57,896 nt of DNA from Rickettsiales bacterium (GTDB lineage Bacteria; Pseudomonadota; Alphaproteobacteria; Rickettsiales; JABSSG01): positions 1 through 57,896 of the forward strand of contig JAGORE010000003.1 in NCBI GenBank assembly GCA_018062985.1. The letters are read 5' to 3'. The translations under genes and the position numbers were made by a program. Below the pieces are notes generated by a model that was not told the origin of the DNA, did not search any database, and saw only the letters and a program-made list of their open reading frames with translations. Shown piece after piece: positions 8,609 through 18,720 of the stretch. Position 1 is the stretch's first letter; every line of letters begins with the position of its first letter.

Positions 8609-9586
8609 ATGAAAATTGCCTTTCAAACAGATAATATAGAAACGCTCAAAATAGCAACAGACTCATCATTATCTCTTGCGAAAGAAGCATTATCAAGAAA
8701 TTTTAATGTCTGGTTTTATACACCAGAAAATCTTACGTACAAAAAGAATAATCTATTTACAATAGCTAATCAAATTATTGATATCACAAATACCAATGTC
8801 ATATACAGAAAAGCAAAAAGAATTCTTCTAAACGACTCTGATGTTTTGTTTATACGTCAGAACCCACCATTTAATATGAATTATATTACAACTACATATC
8901 TATTAGATTTACTAAAAGATACACTTATTGTTAATAACCCAACAGCAATACGTAATTTTACTGAAAAGCTATCTATATTAATGTTTCCTGAACTAATTCC
9001 AAAAACCGCTGTCACATCAAATCTAGACGAAGCCAAAGAATTTCTAAACACAAACAAATCTATAGTCTGTAAGACATTGTATGAATTTGGAGGCAATGAT
9101 ATTAAAAAATTTGACTTAGAAAACTCTAAGGATTTTCTTCATCATTTTCAGTTGTTATCTCAGAAAAGCAATACACCTCTAATGCTACAAAAGTTTATTC
9201 CATCCATAACAAAAGGAGATAAAAGAATTATTATCGTTGATGGCAAACCCATAGGAGCATTAAAAAAAGTTCCAAGAAAAGGAACTTTCATCTCTAATCT
9301 ATGCGCAGGTGGGGAAGCACAAAAAACAACTCTAACAAAAAGAGATATTGTTATTGCTCAACAAGTAGGAGCATCTTTATTAAAACACAACATTGCTTTT
9401 GCTGGTATTGATGTCATAGGAAAATACCTAACAGAAATAAATGTTACTTCCCCCACAGGATTGGTGGCAATAAATAAACTTTCTAGATTAGAATCAAAAC
9501 AAAAATTAGAATCTATTATCTGGGATACTCTATTAGAGAAACATAAAAGAGCTATCTTACTTAGACAATCTAATAATAACCAGTAA
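8609..9586 (+). CDS. gshB: Glutathione synthetase (ATP-grasp)
   Basis: 325 aa with the prokaryotic GshB layout: an N-terminal substrate domain (LFIRQNPPFN) and an ATP-grasp part (GDKRIIIVDGKPIGAL, AGIDVIG.YLTEINVTSPTG). Confidence 0.85.
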   Translation: MKIAFQTDNIETLKIATDSSLSLAKEALSRNFNVWFYTPENLTYKKNNLFTIANQIIDITNTNVIYRKAKRILLNDSDVLFIRQNPPFNMNYITTTYLLDLLKDTLIVNNPTAIRNFTEKLSILMFPELIPKTAVTSNLDEAKEFLNTNKSIVCKTLYEFGGNDIKKFDLENSKDFLHHFQLLSQKSNTPLMLQKFIPSITKGDKRIIIVDGKPIGALKKVPRKGTFISNLCAGGEAQKTTLTKRDIVIAQQVGASLLKHNIAFAGIDVIGKYLTEINVTSPTGLVAINKLSRLESKQKLESIIWDTLLEKHKRAILLRQSNNNQ

Positions 9587-10855
9587 CCCACCCAAATAAC
9601 TTTTATGCAAAGTAACGCTACCGCTATGCCTAAAAATAATATCACGAGAAATAGACATACCTAAACCTATGCCACCAGAATCCCTATTTCTTGAATTATC
9701 CACTCTATAAAAAGGCGTAAAGACTTTGTTCATATCTTGATCTAATATTCCTGGACCATTATCATGTATTTCGATAAAGACATCATTTGAATTTTCATAA
9801 ATCTTAATCATTATCTTAGAAGCAAAACGCTGCGCATTATTGATAAAATTTGTTATGGCTCTTAAAAATTGGTTTTGGTTAACATTAACTCTAATAACCC
9901 CTTTAACCTGTAATTCTACATCAGAATCCTCAGGTATAATCTGAGCTACAAGTTTTGCAATATCATAGAACTTTGTACTAAACATTTCTTCACCACGAGC
10001 AAATTCTAGATAATCATTAATAGTATTATTCATCTGCGCCAGATCTTCTTTTAAAGCCTTGATATCTTTATCTTCATTCATCAGGGCAAGCTGAAGTTGC
10101 ATGCGAGTAATTGGCGTTTTCAAATCATGAGATACCCCTGCTAACATTTCTATTTTTTGCTTCACGGTTTCTTCTAAAGTTTGTCTCATCTTTAATAATG
10201 CATATCCAGCTGTTCTTACTTCTTTAGCGCCACTTGGTATAAAACGAGCTAGATTCCCACCTCGACTAGCTTTGGTTGCAAAATGACTTAATTTTGTAAT
10301 AGACCTAATCTGGTTCTTAGCAAATAAAATAGTGAGCAAGAGTAAAATAACAGTACTAGCAAAGACCCATAATAAAAAAACATATGTAGATGAAAATAAC
10401 ATTCTTTTTGGTGATACCCCAAACGACAGAACCCCTTCTTTTATCTGAACCTCAATGATAAGGTCTTGACCAGATGCACTCAACAAAATAATATTAATAG
10501 GATAATTTGGCAAATTATATTGCAAATTACTCTTAAGAATCTTGAGCTCCCTTGGCAAAGGCTTGCTTGTCTTATGTGTCAGCTTGAGGCCAGGATAAAA
10601 TTCATATTTTAACAAATTATACGTATGCACATCTTTTATATCTTTACCACCAACTCTATGAAACGCTCTAGAAATAAATGCAATTTCTCCAGCTAATGTA
10701 TAAGCCATATATTTACTAATATTATCCCAATGTTTACGATAAAAAATATATACTGAAATACATTGGGCGATAAGAGCCGGAATAACAATAATAAGTATCA
10801 TCCTTGACAACAAAGATTTTGGCAACAGTCTAGAGAAGAAGCTTTTAATCAACAT
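9557..10855 (-). CDS. Sensor histidine kinase, EnvZ-like (2 TM, HAMP, HisKA, HATPase)
   Basis: H-box MLAGVSHDLKTPITRM, N-box FINNAQRF, G1 HDNGPGI and G2 GGIGLGMSI, with two TM helices. It overlaps the upstream response regulator by 11 nt. Confidence 0.85.
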   Translation of the reverse strand: MLIKSFFSRLLPKSLLSRMILIIVIPALIAQCISVYIFYRKHWDNISKYMAYTLAGEIAFISRAFHRVGGKDIKDVHTYNLLKYEFYPGLKLTHKTSKPLPRELKILKSNLQYNLPNYPINIILLSASGQDLIIEVQIKEGVLSFGVSPKRMLFSSTYVFLLWVFASTVILLLLTILFAKNQIRSITKLSHFATKASRGGNLARFIPSGAKEVRTAGYALLKMRQTLEETVKQKIEMLAGVSHDLKTPITRMQLQLALMNEDKDIKALKEDLAQMNNTINDYLEFARGEEMFSTKFYDIAKLVAQIIPEDSDVELQVKGVIRVNVNQNQFLRAITNFINNAQRFASKIMIKIYENSNDVFIEIHDNGPGILDQDMNKVFTPFYRVDNSRNRDSGGIGLGMSISRDIIFRHSGSVTLHKSYLGGLLVIIRLSK

Positions 10856-11510
10856 ATAATATGTACCCCATTCCTCTCACAGATTGCAGAAACAATGGCT
10901 TCTTTGAAGAAGTTTCTATTTTATTTCTTAATCTATTAATTTGGACATCAACCGATCGAACATTAATGCCAAGAATCTCTGACAATTCTTCCCTTTCTAC
11001 CATCACATTCTTTTTTTCTATAAAGTAATTTAACAGCTTAATTTCACTGCTAGTTAAAGGGATCTTTGTATTGTTCTTTATAAGCACACTTTTCTTTAAA
11101 TCATATTTTACAGACCCAAATAATACAACTTGTGTCTCATATGATACAGTTCTATCAATTAGCCTTTTTATTCTTAATAGCAATTCCTTAGGATCAAAAG
11201 GTTTAACTAAGTAATCATCGGCACCAGACTCAAGCCCGACTATTCTATCCTTCACTTCACCCAAAGCAGTTAGCATTAGTATTGCTACAGACGAAATATT
11301 ACGTAGATACTTTGCAAACTCCACACCTCTCTCTTTAGGAAGCATTACATCTAAAATAATTAAGTCAAAACTAAAAATTGACAAAGCATTTCTGGCTTCT
11401 TCGGTATCATAAACTGCCGTTACAACATATCCTTGCTTTACCAAAAACTGCTTTAGAAGATCCCTAATTCTATTGTCATCATCTACAATCAATATATGGA
11501 AAACTTTCAT
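10845..11510 (-). CDS. OmpR-family response regulator
   Basis: Receiver domain with ILIVDDD, the phospho-acceptor context LIILDVMLP and KPF. The C-terminal winged helix carries VDVQINRLRNKIE and RGMGYIL. Confidence 0.9.
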   Translation of the reverse strand: MKVFHILIVDDDNRIRDLLKQFLVKQGYVVTAVYDTEEARNALSIFSFDLIILDVMLPKERGVEFAKYLRNISSVAILMLTALGEVKDRIVGLESGADDYLVKPFDPKELLLRIKRLIDRTVSYETQVVLFGSVKYDLKKSVLIKNNTKIPLTSSEIKLLNYFIEKKNVMVEREELSEILGINVRSVDVQINRLRNKIETSSKKPLFLQSVRGMGYILYVD

Positions 11511-11585
11511 AACAAAATCTCAACTTTATTGACAATATAGTAAAGCAAGGCCTTGTTATTCTCAACAGCTAACTATTAAATCTTT

Positions 11586-13922
11586 CTAAGATACTGGTGT
11601 TACTATTTTTTTATCTCTTTCTTGCCCACTACGTATTGAAGGGTCTATATAGAATTCTAATTCATTATTTTTAGCATCAATATACACTGAACCACCATTA
11701 ACCAGATCACCAAATAAGATCTCATTTGCAATCTTACGTTTTATTTTATCATTAATGAGCCTCTCCATAATCCGTGCACCACTTTTACTATCATACCCAT
11801 GATCATGCAAATATTCGTATGCTAAAGATGATAATGTTAAAAATGTATTCTTTTCTTTTAACTGACACTTAAGCTCTTTAACAAATTTTTCTGCAACTCT
11901 AACAATCGTATTTTTTGATAATGGAGAAAAGTTAATTACAGCATCAAGCCTATTCCTAAATTCAGGAGAAAATACCCTCTCTATTTCTTCAGCTCCTTTT
12001 TTTACAACAAGATTTGCTTCTTCTCCAAATCCTAGAGAGTTCTTTGATAGCTCTGAAGCCCCAGCATTAGTGGTCATAATAATTATTGTATTATTAAAAC
12101 GCACTTTTCTGCCCTGATGATCAGTAAGAGTTCCATAATCCATAACCTGTAACAAAATGTTATAGATGTCTTTATGTGCTTTTTCAATTTCATCTAACAA
12201 CACAACAGAATAAGGATGTTTATAGACTTCTTCTGTCAGCAATCCTCCAGAATCATAACCCACATACCCAGGAGGGGCGCCAATCAATTTAGCAACAGAG
12301 TGTTGTTCTAAATATTCTGACATATCTATCCGAATAAAATTCATACTTAAAAGCTTAGATAATTGTATGGCAAGCTCCGTTTTACCAACACCAGTAGGAC
12401 CAGCAAACAAATAGCATCCTATTGGCTTTTCCTTATCTCGTAAACCGGCACGAGATAACTTCGCAGCAGAGCATAACTCTTCCACAGCTTCGTTTTGTCC
12501 ATATATTAAAGATTTCAATTTTTTTTCAATATGTTTTAAAGCATAAATTTCATCACGATGCACTGATACCGTAGGCACACGGGCAATTTTTGCTACTGTA
12601 TCTTCTATATCTTTTACTGTAACTAATATTTTCCTATTATTTTTCTTGTGCATTGCAAGAAATGAACCGGTTTCATCGATAACATCTATTGCTTTGTCAG
12701 GTAATTGTCTGTCGGTAATAAAACGCTTAGAAAGTTCAACGGCTGCCCTTATAGCATCATCACTATATCTTACATTATGGTACTTCTCAAAATAACTACT
12801 GAGACCTTCTAAAATTTCTATAGTAGCATCGAGGCTTGGTTCTTCTACTGTAATTTGCTGAAATCTGCGCACTAGAGATTTATCTTTACTAAAATGCTTG
12901 TGATATTCATGGAAAGTTGTAGACCCAATGCATTTAATCTGACCTCTAGCTAAAGAAGGCTTTAGAAGATTACTGGCGTCTAAAGCATTACCGTTAGTTG
13001 AACCTGCACCTATAATGCTATGTATTTCATCTATAAATAAAACAGAATGCGGATGACTCACAAGCTCTTTTATTATCGACTTCATTCTTTCTTCAAAATC
13101 ACCTCTATATCTTGTACCCGCTAATAATGCACCGAGGTCAAGAGAGTAAATAACTGCTTTTTCTAGAATTTTAGGCACTTTATTTTTAACTATTTTATAT
13201 GCCAAACCCTCAACAATGGCTGTTTTACCAACTCCTGGTTCCCCAACTAAAAGAGGGTTGTTTTTTGTACGACGACCCAAAATTTCAATAACTCTGTTTA
13301 TCTCGTACTCTCTACCAATGAGTAAATCTAGAGACCCTTTAATAGCCATCTCATTAAGATTGACACAATATTCATTTAAAGGACTTTCGGACTTAGCTAA
13401 AGATACATTAGCACCAAAGCTATCACCAAAATCCTGCGCCAGATTATCTTTCTCTTGCTTCGCAGCACTTCTCTTTTTGGACAGCATAAAATTACTAGTT
13501 TGAGAACCATGTACTATATAATTAATAATGTCTAAACGAGTAATGTTTTGTTCATGTAATATTTTTGAAGCATAAGAGTCTGTTTCCAAAAGAATCTCTG
13601 CCAACACATTCACGCCTGAGATTCCTTTGCTCATACCAGATAAATTAGCCTGAATTGCCGCTCTATGAATAATTTTCTGAAATGATATGCTTGGAGACAT
13701 GCCAGCAAGATCCAAAGACTTTGTAGACACACTAGTCAGAAACCTTTCTAATTTTGTTTTCAGAAGCTTCAAATCCACAGAACAAGCAACCATTGCAGAT
13801 TTAGCATCCTGATCCTCTAACAAAGATAATAATAAATGCTCTATCATAGCCGAACCATGAGAATATCTCTCTGCAATCAGCATCGATCTTTGCAATGTCT
13901 CTTCTAAGTTCTTAGACAACAT
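11586..13922 (-). CDS. clpA: ATP-dependent Clp protease ATP-binding subunit ClpA
   Basis: 778 aa with a Clp N-domain and two AAA+ modules (Walker A GEPGVGKTAI and GPTGVGKTEL). There is no long middle coiled coil, so this is ClpA rather than ClpB. Confidence 0.9.
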   Translation of the reverse strand: MLSKNLEETLQRSMLIAERYSHGSAMIEHLLLSLLEDQDAKSAMVACSVDLKLLKTKLERFLTSVSTKSLDLAGMSPSISFQKIIHRAAIQANLSGMSKGISGVNVLAEILLETDSYASKILHEQNITRLDIINYIVHGSQTSNFMLSKKRSAAKQEKDNLAQDFGDSFGANVSLAKSESPLNEYCVNLNEMAIKGSLDLLIGREYEINRVIEILGRRTKNNPLLVGEPGVGKTAIVEGLAYKIVKNKVPKILEKAVIYSLDLGALLAGTRYRGDFEERMKSIIKELVSHPHSVLFIDEIHSIIGAGSTNGNALDASNLLKPSLARGQIKCIGSTTFHEYHKHFSKDKSLVRRFQQITVEEPSLDATIEILEGLSSYFEKYHNVRYSDDAIRAAVELSKRFITDRQLPDKAIDVIDETGSFLAMHKKNNRKILVTVKDIEDTVAKIARVPTVSVHRDEIYALKHIEKKLKSLIYGQNEAVEELCSAAKLSRAGLRDKEKPIGCYLFAGPTGVGKTELAIQLSKLLSMNFIRIDMSEYLEQHSVAKLIGAPPGYVGYDSGGLLTEEVYKHPYSVVLLDEIEKAHKDIYNILLQVMDYGTLTDHQGRKVRFNNTIIIMTTNAGASELSKNSLGFGEEANLVVKKGAEEIERVFSPEFRNRLDAVINFSPLSKNTIVRVAEKFVKELKCQLKEKNTFLTLSSLAYEYLHDHGYDSKSGARIMERLINDKIKRKIANEILFGDLVNGGSVYIDAKNNELEFYIDPSIRSGQERDKKIVTPVS

Positions 13923-14113
13923 ATTTATCCATATATTATTAGTTTATACTTAAAAGGATATATAAGAAAAATTATCAAATGGTTAATGAATTAATTTTTC
14001 GGTTAGAATTAACAATAAAAATCTCTTATCACTCCGATGGTAGTATCTTTTCTGAAACAGATTTTGTATATAAACCTTAAAATAAGATACGAACTTCCTC
14101 AACTAGAAATTCT

Positions 14114-15382
14114 CTAGATAAAACTCTTGTTACTTTTATCTAACTTATCAGTACTTGCGTAGTATATTTTCTCATCCAAGGTACCTTCTGATCTATCAAT
14201 CAACAATGTTACAGCCGCATCACCTGTGATATTCAGCGTCGTTCTCATCATATCTAATATTCTATCTATACCAGCAATCAACGCTATACCCTCAATAGGT
14301 ATATTGACTGCAGATAAAACCATAGGAAGCATAATAATTGTTCCGCTAGGTATACCAGCCGCACCAATAGATCCCAAAGTCGAAGTAAGAATAATAATCA
14401 TATATTCAATAGTGGTTAAGTTTATGCCATAAATTTGTGCAAAAAATAAAGTACAAATTCCTAAATAAATTGCCATACCATCCATATTAATAGCAGCGCC
14501 TAATGGCAAAACAAATGATGTGCTATTTCTAGACACGCCTAATTTTTCTGCACAAACACGCATAGTGGTCGACAACGTTGCTTTGCTACTACTGGTTGAA
14601 AAAGCTAAAGATTGATATTCCAAACTCTTTTTATAAAATGGAAAAGGAGATAACCTAGCAACAATTGCTATAAGCACCCCAAATACTATATACTGCACCA
14701 CCATCGCCGTCATTAAAGTCACTACAAGCATACCCAAGCTTTGTAGCATTCCTATCCCCTGTTTACCGACAACAGAAGAAGTCAACGCAAACGCACCATA
14801 TGGAGCCAACTTCAAGATTAAATCAATCATCCTGAATATCACTTTGGCAGCTAACTTAAAGCCTTTAACTATCAATTTCTTTTCCTTACCAACACCATTT
14901 ATAACAACTCCAGTAAAAAATGAGAAAAATACAACCTGCAACATCTTTCCAGAAACAAGAGCATTCAATGCATTATCCGGAATAGTATCATTGATTAGCT
15001 TCATGATTTCAAATTGTATGTCAGAATTCACCCTATCAACTAGGTGTATACTAAAAGCATCTGCTGAAATACTCATTCCTGGCTTCAAGAAGTGTGCAGT
15101 AGCTAATCCTATAACAATCGCAAAAGATGTGGTGAGTAAAAACGTTGCAATCGATTTGAGTGCTATTCTTGATAAAGAGGCACTATCATTAATACTTGTC
15201 ATCCCCATTACTATAGAAACATATATCAAAGGTATAATGATCATTCTAATTAACCGAATGAAAATATCTCCTATGGGTTTTAGCACATCCGCATCTTCAC
15301 CAAACACAATACCAACAACAATACCAGCGACAAGACCCACTGTTATTTTTTTCCATAATGCTAAATCTTTCCAAAATTTCAT
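14114..15382 (-). CDS. gltP: Dicarboxylate/amino acid:cation symporter (GltP/DctA family)
   Basis: 422-aa polytopic protein with family-typical segments (SSSKATLSTTM, LGAAINMDGMAIY, ILDMMRTTLNITGD). Confidence 0.82.
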   Translation of the reverse strand: MKFWKDLALWKKITVGLVAGIVVGIVFGEDADVLKPIGDIFIRLIRMIIIPLIYVSIVMGMTSINDSASLSRIALKSIATFLLTTSFAIVIGLATAHFLKPGMSISADAFSIHLVDRVNSDIQFEIMKLINDTIPDNALNALVSGKMLQVVFFSFFTGVVINGVGKEKKLIVKGFKLAAKVIFRMIDLILKLAPYGAFALTSSVVGKQGIGMLQSLGMLVVTLMTAMVVQYIVFGVLIAIVARLSPFPFYKKSLEYQSLAFSTSSSKATLSTTMRVCAEKLGVSRNSTSFVLPLGAAINMDGMAIYLGICTLFFAQIYGINLTTIEYMIIILTSTLGSIGAAGIPSGTIIMLPMVLSAVNIPIEGIALIAGIDRILDMMRTTLNITGDAAVTLLIDRSEGTLDEKIYYASTDKLDKSNKSFI

Positions 15383-15459
15383 ATTTACTACTCCTTTTTA
15401 AAAAAATCACTATACTGATAGATGTAGAGAATTTGATAATTATTTAAACACACAGAATA

Positions 15460-15930
15460 ATGGTATATTATAAAACTATCAAGGATTTTTATTCAAACAC
15501 ACCCAAACCCTTGGTTTTATTGGGCATTGACTATGGAATGAAAAAAGTAGGACTAAGTATAAGCGATAAAAATAATAAAATCGCTTTGGCCTACAAGATA
15601 ATTTTTCAACACAACAACAACGCCACAAAAGAAATTATAGAAATAGTCAACACCTTATCAATTACGGGTATAGTAATCGGATATCCACTAGAAATTAGCG
15701 GCAATGAGGGTAGCGCCTGTCAAACCGTCCTAAAATTTTGCGACAAGATTACACAAGAAAAAAATATCCCTATTTTTTTACAAGACGAGAGGTTTTCTAC
15801 AAAGATCATAGGAAAAACACTAAGAGCTACCAATGTCAAAACCAAGAGAATTAATGCCTTAGAAGACTCTTTAGCAGCTGCTAGCATTCTCCAAACAGCT
15901 TTAGATCAAATTAACTCTGTGTGCTTGTAA
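15460..15930 (+). CDS. ruvX: Putative pre-16S rRNA nuclease / Holliday junction resolvase-like protein YqgF
   Basis: 156 aa with LGIDYGMKKVGLSISD at the N-terminus and a conserved DERFST segment. Confidence 0.8.
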   Translation: MVYYKTIKDFYSNTPKPLVLLGIDYGMKKVGLSISDKNNKIALAYKIIFQHNNNATKEIIEIVNTLSITGIVIGYPLEISGNEGSACQTVLKFCDKITQEKNIPIFLQDERFSTKIIGKTLRATNVKTKRINALEDSLAAASILQTALDQINSVCL

Positions 15931-15986
15931 AACATACATCTAACATAAGAAAGGACTGTCATAACAATTAATCATAGAAAATTTTA

Positions 15987-16015
15987 TTGACAAAGCTGAT
16001 TTTTCTGAGATTATT
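15987..16015 (+). promoter_or_regulatory. Possible promoter of rplM-rpsI: TTGACA, 17-nt spacer, ATTATT
   Basis: A perfect -35 hexamer lies at 15987-15992. The -10 is weak and AT-rich. It sits 37 nt upstream of the rplM start. Confidence 0.3.
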
Positions 16016-16051
16016 CTACTCTAAAATAAATCACTAGAAATATTAGTTTAT

Positions 16052-16522
16052 ATGTTTAAAAGTTATAGCTTATCAGAAAAAGAAATTGCCAGAGGTTGGA
16101 TTTTAATAGATGCAAAAGAAGTTATCTTAGGAAGACTTGCTGCATTAGTTTCAAACAGATTACGTGGTAAGCACAAAGCGACTTACACTCCACACATGGA
16201 TTGTGGCGACAATATTGTAATTATAAATGCAAAGCATGTAAAGTTAACAGGAAACAAAGCAACTGATCGTAACGGAAAAAAATACTATTGGCACACAGGT
16301 CACCCTGGTGGTATTAAAGAAATCAACGCTAAAGACTTAATTGGAGGCAAGTACCCTGAAAGAGTTCTAAAGAAAGCCATTGAGCGTATGATGCCAACGA
16401 ACAAACTAGCTAACACACAATTGAAGCATCTTTTTATATATCCAGATGCAGAACATAAGCATGAAGCACAACAACCTAAAGTGCTAGATGTAAAAACACT
16501 TAACGAAAAAAATAAAAGGTAA
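16052..16522 (+). CDS. rplM: 50S ribosomal protein L13
   Basis: 156 aa reading W.LIDAK..ILGRLA..V...LRGKHK..YTPH.D.GD.VVIINA, the classic L13 sequence. Confidence 0.95.
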   Translation: MFKSYSLSEKEIARGWILIDAKEVILGRLAALVSNRLRGKHKATYTPHMDCGDNIVIINAKHVKLTGNKATDRNGKKYYWHTGHPGGIKEINAKDLIGGKYPERVLKKAIERMMPTNKLANTQLKHLFIYPDAEHKHEAQQPKVLDVKTLNEKNKR

Positions 16523-16527
16523 GATTC

Positions 16528-16947
16528 ATGACAGCTATTGCTACAACAACTAAGAAAAATCCAGAAAATTTTTATGCAACAGGTAAAAGAAAAACTTCAG
16601 TTGCAAGAGTGTGGATTAAACCTGGCAAAGGTAGCTTTACTGTAAATGGTCAACAATTCGATAATTACTTCGCAAGAATAACCTCGAGAATGATCGTAAA
16701 TTACCCACTTGTGTTTACAAAAACTAAAGACTCTTTAGACATATTCTGCACAGTCAAAGGCGGCGGTTTGTCAGGACAAGCTGGGGCAATAAAACATGGT
16801 ATTAGCAGAGCTTTATCTTTATTTGACGACACATTAAGACCATCTTTACGCACAGAAGGCTTTCTCACTAGAGATAGTAGAAAAGTTGAAAGAAAGAAAT
16901 ATGGTCGTAAAAAAGCTAGAAAAAGCTTCCAGTTCTCAAAACGTTAA
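16528..16947 (+). CDS. rpsI: 30S ribosomal protein S9
   Basis: 139 aa with [29 protein letters not shown] and a C-terminal [13 protein letters not shown]. Confidence 0.95.
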   Translation: MTAIATTTKKNPENFYATGKRKTSVARVWIKPGKGSFTVNGQQFDNYFARITSRMIVNYPLVFTKTKDSLDIFCTVKGGGLSGQAGAIKHGISRALSLFDDTLRPSLRTEGFLTRDSRKVERKKYGRKKARKSFQFSKR

Positions 16948-16966
16948 TATACTATATATTATCTAT

Positions 16967-17056
16967 GGATGGGTGACCGAGCGGTTTAAGGTACCGGTCT
17001 TGAAAACCGGCGTACGTGCGAGCGTACCGTGGGTTCGAATCCCACCCCATCTGCCA
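16967..17056 (+). tRNA. tRNA-Ser (anticodon UGA)
   Basis: Hand-folded cloverleaf. The acceptor stem is GGATGGG/CCCATCT and the anticodon arm is CCGGT-CTTGAAA-ACCGG. It has a long variable arm, a GTGGG-TTCGAAT-CCCAC T-arm, and an encoded G-CCA. Confidence 0.9.
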
Positions 17057-17292
17057 CTCTTTCAGAGTATTTAAAAAAACAATCTTAATCTGGGTTTGCA
17101 AAAAAAATACTTCTCACGAAAGAGGAGGGTCTAAAAACTTTAAAAACATGTTTAAAAATATACCTCTATCTATTTAAAACAAAGGCTGCATTATTAAAAC
17201 TATAATCACAACAAAAAATAATCTTTAGACTATTAATGCAAATATGTTATCCTTAAATAACATATATAGGTTCTACAACAGTAAAAAGAAGT

Positions 17293-18720
17293 ATGCAAAA
17301 AACACTTGACCAGATAACAGAAAAAAATATCACTGATAACTCAACAAAAGTAACAGAAGGCGATGTATTTGTCGCAGTAAAAGGTACTAAAACTGATGGA
17401 CATCAATACATATCCCAAGTGCTTGAAAAAGGAGCTTCAATAATAATAATTGACAAAGATCAAGAAGCAAATACAAAGCAACTTACAACACAATATATAG
17501 CCGTCCAGGATACAAGAGAAGCATTGGCATACCTTGCTTCAAAGAGATTTATTCTGCCAGAAAATATTGCAGCTGTCACTGGTACAGATGGCAAGACTTC
17601 AACAGCATTTTTTTATAAAGAACTCCTATCTGCAATGCACAAGAAAGCTGCAGCAATAGGCACAATGGGTGTTTTATCAAATACCAACACAGAATATTTT
17701 AAAAAACATAACATCATAACAACCCCAGGTACACTTGAGTTATATAAAATTCTCTCAGAATTAAAATCTTTTGAAGTTAACAACATATGCTTGGAAGCAT
17801 CTAGCCATGGAATAATACAAAAACGCCTTGATTTTATCCCAATAAAAGCAGCAGCCTTTACAAGCTTTGGTCGTGATCATTTAGACTATCACAAAGACAT
17901 CAATGATTATCTAAATGCAAAACTTCGGTTATTTAATCATCTCCTACCATCAAATGGAACAGCTGTAATCAATCAAGACATGCAAATATCAGATAGAGTG
18001 ATTGAATCTTGTGGAAAAAAAGAAGTATTAACATACGGACTCAATGGAAAATTTATTAAAATAGAATCTATACAATACAACAACACAAAAATGTCTGCCA
18101 CTCTAGCGATTAGAGGTAAAACACATAAAATACATTGCAATCTTTTCGGCGACTTCCAGATACAAAATTTGTCCTGTGCATTAGCTTTGGTACACGCGAC
18201 AGGACATTCCTACGAAGAAGCTATTGACCAAATACACCATATCTCGTCAGTACCAGGAAGAATGCAACGAGTTGCTAATTTTAATATATTTATTGATTAC
18301 GCACATAATCCAGATGCACTGAAGAAAGCATTATCAATTCTACGATACGGAATAAGTAATAAAAACGGAAAAGCCATCGTAGTCTTTGGATGCGGGGGAG
18401 ATAGAGACAAAGGCAAGAGATCTGTCATGGGAGAAATGGCCGATCAACTATCAGACATGGTCATTATTACAGATGACAACCCAAGAACTGAAGACCCATC
18501 AAAAATTAGACAAACAATAAAAGATCATTGTAAGAAAGGAATAGTGATTGCAGGTAGAGATAATGCGATAGAATACGCTATAAAAAACATGAAAGATGGA
18601 GATGTTCTTCTAATAGCAGGAAAAGGACATGAAAACTATCAGATATTAGCTGATAAAACCATAGATTTTGATGATTACAAAGTAGCAGAACATTATGCAA
18701 ACAAACAGCTTAAAAACTAG
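17293..18720 (+). CDS. murE: UDP-N-acetylmuramoyl-L-alanyl-D-glutamate--2,6-diaminopimelate ligase
   Basis: 475 aa with the Mur ligase P-loop GTDGKTS, FGRDHLDYH, and DNPRTEDP near the C-terminus, which is characteristic of MurE. Confidence 0.9.
   Translation: MQKTLDQITEKNITDNSTKVTEGDVFVAVKGTKTDGHQYISQVLEKGASIIIIDKDQEANTKQLTTQYIAVQDTREALAYLASKRFILPENIAAVTGTDGKTSTAFFYKELLSAMHKKAAAIGTMGVLSNTNTEYFKKHNIITTPGTLELYKILSELKSFEVNNICLEASSHGIIQKRLDFIPIKAAAFTSFGRDHLDYHKDINDYLNAKLRLFNHLLPSNGTAVINQDMQISDRVIESCGKKEVLTYGLNGKFIKIESIQYNNTKMSATLAIRGKTHKIHCNLFGDFQIQNLSCALALVHATGHSYEEAIDQIHHISSVPGRMQRVANFNIFIDYAHNPDALKKALSILRYGISNKNGKAIVVFGCGGDRDKGKRSVMGEMADQLSDMVIITDDNPRTEDPSKIRQTIKDHCKKGIVIAGRDNAIEYAIKNMKDGDVLLIAGKGHENYQILADKTIDFDDYKVAEHYANKQLKN

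Noticed and set aside
14844-15401. A 185-aa ORF antisense to the GltP-type transporter. Similar long antisense ORFs occur at 37097-37498, 34100-34453, 22127-22474, 27818-28447, 7486-7800 and 13216-13503.
   Set aside because: Each lies entirely inside a well-supported gene on the opposite strand. Their compositions are low-complexity or Ile/Ser/Phe-rich, as expected from reading AT-rich coding DNA backwards. None has a recognisable motif.
16886-17074. A 62-aa ORF spanning the rpsI end and the region downstream.
   Set aside because: It overlaps the clearly folding tRNA-Ser(UGA) at 16967-17056, so it is an artefact of the GC-rich tRNA sequence.
17242-17265. A perfect 9-bp inverted repeat, ATATGTTAT-ccttaa-ATAACATAT, upstream of murE. 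It could be an operator.
   Set aside because: Pure A/T-rich 9-mers are expected by chance in this composition. No second copy or half-site was found elsewhere in the window.
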